DNA of 64,000 nucleotides from Amoebophrya sp. A120 (Eukaryota > Protista > Dinoflagellata): NCBI GenBank assembly GCA_905178155.1, contig CAJINV010000001.1, positions 2,035,904 through 2,099,903 on the forward strand. The letters run 5' to 3'. The first letter of the stretch is position 1. Each line of letters begins with the position of its first letter. The notes under the pieces were generated by a model that made no database searches, was not told where the DNA came from, and worked only from the letters and a program-made list of their open reading frames with translations. Shown in pieces: positions 58,280-64,000 of this stretch. The position numbers were made by a program, and so were the translations under genes.

Positions 58280-61186
58280 TTACGATTTTTCGTGCTGGAT
58301 AAAAACTTCCTCCAGTACTTTCGGGATGATCTGCAGTCGGTCCATGACCGCGCAGACCGCCTCGGCGTCGGCCGGCGACCGGAGGAGCACCGCGTCCATC
58401 AGACTGCGTTGCGACGTGAACACCGCCTGCAGCGAATAAAAAGCGGGCTCGCTGCTCGCCAGTAACGCCGGAGCGCGCTGCGTCATGCGCTCGAGTGCCA
58501 TCCATTCCGACCAGGAGACCCGGCCAGATCCACGCGTGTCCAACATCGCCACGATGCCGCGCAGCTGATCATGAAGATTCGCTAGTATGGAAGATGTTGA
58601 CAAGGCGTATTCCGGTAGTGACGTCCCACCCACCGATTCTGGGTCGGGTATGTCGTCCCGCATGAGAAGTTGCACAATCCCTTCAACAAGTTCATCTAGC
58701 CCAAGTTCGCCGTCTTGGTCCGCGTCGAAGAAGACAAACAAGTCGTACCAGGGCAGCACCGGGTGCGTGAGCGTGCGGTCGGCGCTGTCGGCCACCGCCT
58801 TCGCGCAGGCGTGGAGCGCCATCCGCTGCAAGCTGTCGCACTGGCCGAAGGCGATAACCAGTCGAAGAAACTGGGCCAAGTGCTTCCGGGCCTGCCGCAC
58901 GAACGACCTCTGCTGGCGGTTGCACTTCTGCGCCGAGGAAGAACTGCCGTCACCGTCAGGTGGAAGGCCAGCTGATCTTCCGGAGAGATCGTCGCGGTCG
59001 TGAGATGTAGTTGTTTCTCCATCAAAAGCTGCACTCTGGGTTGTAGTCGTCGTGGCCACGGCGCCCCACCGTCCCGACACGGCGTTTTTCGATCGGGACC
59101 GACCGTCTCGGCGAGGCAAAGTCGAGCTAGTATTGCTGCCCGGAAGATGTTGAGCAGAAAAATTATGCGGCGCCGACGTCGACGTAGGCTGGCTACTATA
59201 CGCCTTCAACGGAATCCCGAGGTGATTCAATGCCTCTTGCTCACCTTGCTCTACTAGCACCAAATAATTCTGAGGTCCTCGTCGCTCTAGCTGTGAGTCG
59301 CGCGAAGTGGAGGAATCGCCAAAGAAGGTCCCCGTGGTCGCTTCCTCGTCAGTGCCACTGGTCGTCGACGAACACGGGGGACTGGAAGCAGCCGAAATCG
59401 AGGGTTTTTGTCCGTCCGGATTGATGCCTCCTCCTGCAGAGGCAGTCGTTAACATCGTCGTCCCAGTAGAAGACTGCAAATTTGTGCCATTACTACCTCC
59501 GCGAGAGGCAGGGTAATCCCTCCAGCGTCCATACTGCGCCTGCACGCCGGCCAGCCACGGATCGCTGAGCACGTGCTGCGGGGTAAACCGACGGGCCTGG
59601 TCAACCTGCAACAACTGGTTTACGAGCCGCCGCGCATTAGAAGATACGTGGTCCAGCTTGTGAGTATCGTACTCCCCGGCCTTAACGCGCTGTATCGTCT
59701 CGCGCGCCTCCCGGGGACCACGTGCGGTCGAGGACGACATCGGGGCTGCGCCAGCTGCAGAAGTAGTGGCTGGTGCAGGGGGCGCTTCTACTTCACTCAC
59801 GCCTCCAGTGCCACCGAGAATCGAGGTCGTGTTCACGATGGCGTTTCCGCGCGGGGTCATCTTGACAGGCTGGTGGTCCGAAACGGCGATCTGCGGTTCT
59901 TCACGACCATCCCTACCGCCCGCAGCTGCACTGTCGCTGCCACTTCTTCTGCCGCCGCGCGGGGAAAAGGTCACGACAGTCGTCTTGCTATGAGAGTGAA
60001 AATTCGGATCCGAAACTATGGCGCTGCCGCCAGGTCCACCTCGCGGTGTGGGCTTTGATGCGCCGCCGCCGGTTGCAGTACTACTGTTCCCGCCTCCACC
60101 ACCCGCGCCCCCGCGAAACGGAGACTGCCCGGAAAGCATCACGAAAAGGCAAACCCCGAGCGACCAGGCGTCCGAGGCACAGGTCGCGCGTTCACCGTTG
60201 TAAATTTCCGGTGCGGTGTAGGACAGTGTGCCTACGCGTGCCTGCCCCGTCGACGCGTCGATGGGCGTCGCAGTGCCAAAGTCGCACAGCTTCAGCAGCT
60301 TCTTGCTCTTCATAACGCGGCCCTGGGTGCCGGGCGCAGCTGAACTGTAACTACCTACACGACTGGAATTCGTCCTACTTCTACTTCCACGGCCTCCCGT
60401 AGTACTCGGCGCCCTGAACGTAGTACTACTCACTGGACCGCCGGTGTCCCCGGGGGCTGGCTGGCTCTGGCCGGAAATAGAATCATTCACCGGCTCTAGA
60501 AACAACCAGTTTTCGGTCTTCACGTCGCGGTGAATCATTTTCGCGCGGACGTGCAGGTAATTTAACGCGAGACTCATCTGGTGCAGAAACGCGCAGACCT
60601 CCCCCTCCTCAAGAAAGCGGTTGCGAACCGCGTGCGAGGCGATGTAGCTGTAGAGCTCCCCTCCCTGGCAGAGCTCCGAAACCAATCCCATGCAGCATTC
60701 CTGCTCGTCCCGCAAGAGCTTCTGCTCTGCGTCGTGCACTTCCCAGAGGCGGACGATGTGCGGGTGGTCTAGCTGTGCCAAAGCTGCCCGTTCCGTGAGG
60801 AAGTTTTCGCGGCCGCGCTGCGTGGAGCTCTCGTTCCAGGTTTTCACAGCGACACGGAAATCGCGGAAGTGCTTGTGCCGCGCCTCCCGGACAATCCCGA
60901 AACTGCCCCGGCCGAGCTCCTTCCCGACGGAGTATTGCGCTGCGAACTCGGTCGGGTCGGCGTGGCGGCGCGCGAATACGTCGCTGCGAAAGTGGAAACT
61001 GTGGGCGTTGCGAAAGGTCGTTATCACATTGTTCTGGTGCTGCCCCAGATGCAGGTCGAAGCTTTGCAACGCCGGCGCACGCCGCCGCTTGTTGCCCCGG
61101 ACCTGCAGCTCGTTCTGCTGGAAGAGATTGGACGACGAACCGTCAGTCGTGCAACAATTCCCCGCAGCTGAAATTTCGTTGCCCAT
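58280..61186 (-). CDS. Calcium-dependent (CDPK-like) Ser/Thr protein kinase with EF hands
   Basis: Kinase motifs LGRGSFGIV, VAVK, HPHIVRL, ELCQGGEL, IHRDVKTEN, KLCDFG, GTLSYTAPE and DAWSLGV. EF-hand loops DADQDGELGLDEL and DTRGSGRVSWSEW. Probable start MGNEISAAGNCC (acylation-like) at 61186. Confidence 0.9.
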   Translation of the reverse strand: MGNEISAAGNCCTTDGSSSNLFQQNELQVRGNKRRRAPALQSFDLHLGQHQNNVITTFRNAHSFHFRSDVFARRHADPTEFAAQYSVGKELGRGSFGIVREARHKHFRDFRVAVKTWNESSTQRGRENFLTERAALAQLDHPHIVRLWEVHDAEQKLLRDEQECCMGLVSELCQGGELYSYIASHAVRNRFLEEGEVCAFLHQMSLALNYLHVRAKMIHRDVKTENWLFLEPVNDSISGQSQPAPGDTGGPVSSTTFRAPSTTGGRGSRSRTNSSRVGSYSSAAPGTQGRVMKSKKLLKLCDFGTATPIDASTGQARVGTLSYTAPEIYNGERATCASDAWSLGVCLFVMLSGQSPFRGGAGGGGGNSSTATGGGASKPTPRGGPGGSAIVSDPNFHSHSKTTVVTFSPRGGRRSGSDSAAAGGRDGREEPQIAVSDHQPVKMTPRGNAIVNTTSILGGTGGVSEVEAPPAPATTSAAGAAPMSSSTARGPREARETIQRVKAGEYDTHKLDHVSSNARRLVNQLLQVDQARRFTPQHVLSDPWLAGVQAQYGRWRDYPASRGGSNGTNLQSSTGTTMLTTASAGGGINPDGQKPSISAASSPPCSSTTSGTDEEATTGTFFGDSSTSRDSQLERRGPQNYLVLVEQGEQEALNHLGIPLKAYSSQPTSTSAPHNFSAQHLPGSNTSSTLPRRDGRSRSKNAVSGRWGAVATTTTTQSAAFDGETTTSHDRDDLSGRSAGLPPDGDGSSSSAQKCNRQQRSFVRQARKHLAQFLRLVIAFGQCDSLQRMALHACAKAVADSADRTLTHPVLPWYDLFVFFDADQDGELGLDELVEGIVQLLMRDDIPDPESVGGTSLPEYALSTSSILANLHDQLRGIVAMLDTRGSGRVSWSEWMALERMTQRAPALLASSEPAFYSLQAVFTSQRSLMDAVLLRSPADAEAVCAVMDRLQIIPKVLEEVFIQHEKS

Positions 61187-62395
61187 TATGTTTGTACTGT
61201 GTGCGAAAATGAAGAACGTCGTCGCTGTAGTGCGTTCGTCCCACTGTTTGTTCTTCGATGTTGCACCATTTCGTCCCACAATGACTACAAGGTCAACGAC
61301 CCCCACCGCAGTTCCTTGATGATGTAGATGTTCAAGTTCATTTATTTGATGTTGGCATTGTTCCTTTTTTATTCAGGCTGCCCCCACCACAGTTCCTTGC
61401 TCGTCGCTCAAAAAAATTTAGTATTCCAATCAGTAGTACACAAACTGCTCACACTTCTTTGAAAAACAGCTCAAACACGATCTCGACTACTAGGCCGCCC
61501 CAGCCCGTCATAATTCTGACGGAACAAACATCACTGTCTTCATTCCGCTCTGTCGGAGAAGACACGGCGCTCACAGTGTGGCTGGCAAAAAACAGGAGAA
61601 GTAGAGACGATTCTACTTCTTTCTCCAGCTCTTGCGCTTGCTCCACGAGCGCGAGCGGAGTTGTCTGTGTACAAACGATTTACAAGAATATCTCGTACTT
61701 GGTCGTCCTGAACCATGGCATCAACGAGCGAAGGCTTGTGGCGAAGCTCTTCGAAAAAGTTCCGAGTTTGAATCTGTCACTGTCTGCTGAAGCGAAGGTG
61801 GTCAAAAACTTAAGTTGAGGTGCTGGTGGTGTTACTGCTACTGTAAGTAATTGATGTTCAAAGCAGCCCGTTGGGTGATGAATTTGCTGTTGATTGTACT
61901 GCTACTGTCACAAGAACGACCCGTTGGCGGCATCGACTTCGAGAGTCGCAAGCTATAGGCAAGCAGGACCTTTTTCATTGATAGTCCAACGCGGAGGCCT
62001 ACTTACTTCTCTACCAACTGGAGGTGGCGACTTTTCGTTCTACAACATGCTGCATTTTCTGTTTGCATTTTCTTACTTTCGGTTTGAGTAAGTAACTTGT
62101 TGCCTGCGCGTGACAACAGACGCAGATGCGTCAAGAGGTCTTGATGATGATTAAGGGTTACTAGTAGAAACAACAAGAGTAGAAAAGAGATCGAAAGGGA
62201 AGGAGTATGTGGCGCAAAGCAATGCTCTCCAGGAGCGATAAAGATAATCCGCTGTTGAACTTCTACGAGGTGCCTTCAATGTTCTTGCTCCTGTCTACTG
62301 AGGTTTTGAATTTGCAAATAAGTTGATTTTTGTCATGAAAGCAAATTTTATCTCCTAAGCTTGTCACCTTGAGCGTCGTCATTGCGAACAATCCT

Positions 62396-63642
62396 CTACA
62401 AGCCTTGACTGCGGTAGACCTCCGGGTCCTGGGAACAGTTCAGGCCGGCGTTTCGGGGCTTGCTATCGGTGAAGGAGTGCGAGAACTTGTTGCTTTTCGG
62501 AAAAAACGCGTCCGCCACCTGGTGGGGCCGCGGCTTCTCGTTGCCATAAACACTATCCAAGAAAAAATACTGTTTCACTGTGATGATTTTGCAATATCTG
62601 CACCACAAGTTTGTTTACACATGACACACAAATTTTGGCATGCGCGCTTCCCAAGGGAAAACACGGCTAATTCTCCAACTTCTTGCAGGTGTAGCAAGAC
62701 AAATAGTTCTGTGTTCCATTTTCTGCATCACAAGTTCACGGTGAAACAGTCTTTTCTTTTCTTGCCATAAACACTGGAGGTGGTGTAGTACAGCGGGTTC
62801 TCCTTGTATCCCACGAAAAAAGTGTTACAGTTACAAATTTGTAGTCAATTCAGCAACACAAATTTCTCTGCATGAGAGAGAAAACTTGTAATGCAGAAAT
62901 CCTACGGGAAAGCACCTATGAGACGAGGCTTCTATACGTATCCGGCATGACAGAGCTTGTCTGTCTTGCTTGGCCTGCAACACAATGTGTAACTGTCACT
63001 TTTTCCTTGTGATACCTCGCGCAAAGGCGGATAAATCATGCGGTCCGGGTCCACGGGAAACCTCTTCGGCAACACGTGCGCGCTCAGTACCTGGCGGAGT
63101 ATTCAAAATTGTCGTTGCAAAATAAATACAGGCGAACAACAAGCCAAGAAACGTAGAAGTTTCAACAAAAGTCTGCTTCTCTTTCTGCCTACTTCTAACT
63201 TATATTTCATTTAGGTCGTTAACCACTTCTTAGATAGAGTAGTACCCGCTCCGCATTGATGGAATCGGCTTCCTTTTTGATGGTGTTTGTCATAATGAAG
63301 TCCGTGTCCTCGACCACTTATCCTCTGCAAAAGTATCGCACCCGTGGTAATCCCAATCATGCATTGCAAATTCCTTTCTTGTGGTAAACCCACATTATAT
63401 ATAAATTCCATTTGCATTTGTCATGCTAAGGGAATTTGTCATGCGATTTCTACGTAGTGCGATACTTTTGCAATGCATACCACCGGCCGGACCGGCTTCT
63501 TCAGGTCGTCATTTCTCCGGATCACTTCCTTCGGCGTGAGGAGGTCCTTCTTCGATTTCACCCGGTTTCCGAACCCAATCTCGGACTGCGTGGTGCGCCA
63601 GAAGCTCGGCACCGCCTTCTGCGGAAGCTCTTCTTCCGGCAT
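62396..63642 (-). CDS. PIERCE1/C9orf116 (DUF4490)-like ciliary microtubule inner protein, multi-exon
   Basis: After removing introners the C-terminus reads REENPLYYTTSSVYGNEKPRPHQVADAFFPKSNKFSHSFTDSKPRNAGLN. This matches the recalled family pattern LYxTSxxxYGxxxPxxHxxxxxF(Y/F)PxSNKFS...RNxxxN. The start is uncertain and may lie further upstream. Confidence 0.7.
62554..62769. mobile_element. Introner, family tat.caagaaaa..actgtttcac.gtga
   Basis: TIR actgtttcactgtga / tcacggtgaaacagt; DR aacac; removal restores TTSSV|YGNEK. Confidence 0.8.
62807..63014. mobile_element. Introner, family tatc.cga.aaaaaagtgttacagtt
   Basis: Homologous to 10879-11096; DR ccttg/cctcg; removal restores PLRE|ENPLY. 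Confidence 0.85.
63319..63479. mobile_element. Introner, family tatgcattgcaaaag
   Basis: TIR tgcaaaagtatcgcac / gtgcgatacttttgca; DR ccact/ccacc; removal restores RPVV|EDTDF. Confidence 0.85.
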
Positions 63643-64000
63643 GATAAAAGTTTTTAGTTGAAGTAGATGATACGACCTTCCTACCGCTCACAAAATGTTG
63701 GGCAAAAAAAAACCTACAGTAAGTCAAAATAAAGACCGTTGCGTTGTCTTGCTTTGTAGGATTGTTGAACAACAGATGTCCGATATCTTGATCTTCACCG
63801 ATTTTGATTTTCTTTCTGCTCCTTGCCCCAACGTTGCCCAAAATACAACTCTGACGAGATGGTGCCTCGGTCGTCTCTCAAGCGACTTCAAGTTGTTGCC
63901 GTTGCGTAAAGAAGAATACTATGTGAGACTAAGATGTCACCACAACTGGACTATCTATAGCAGAGTGATGAGCTCGACGTCAACCCGCCCTCGGGCTCAG

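Overview
Eukaryotic DNA, most likely an alveolate. The co-oriented genes, the CDPK-type kinase and the abundant non-canonical introns with inverted and direct repeats resemble what is known from the syndinian dinoflagellate Amoebophrya; this assignment is an inference. All credible genes lie on the minus strand. From right to left they are: a PIERCE1/C9orf116-like ciliary gene, an intronless CDPK-like kinase, three tandem paralogues of a very large unknown multi-exon gene (copies C, B and A), and a Peptidase-S74/ICA-domain gene running off the left edge. A 5'-truncated Penelope-like reverse transcriptase sits between copies B and A. The genes are broken by more than 20 MITE-like 'introner' introns of several families. 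These typically run TA...TA, with 20-40 bp terminal inverted repeats (TIRs) and a 5-bp, often imperfect, target duplication (DR); removing an element plus one DR restores the reading frame. Unrelated families share an internal GCATNACA/TGTNATGC motif. Two introners in copy A are hugely expanded (2.0 kb and 9.8 kb) and filled with palindromic arrays. The 9.8-kb one also contains an inverted triplication and eight extra copies of the adjacent ~45-bp exon. Most short ORFs in the supplied track are shadows of these repeats or antisense frames.
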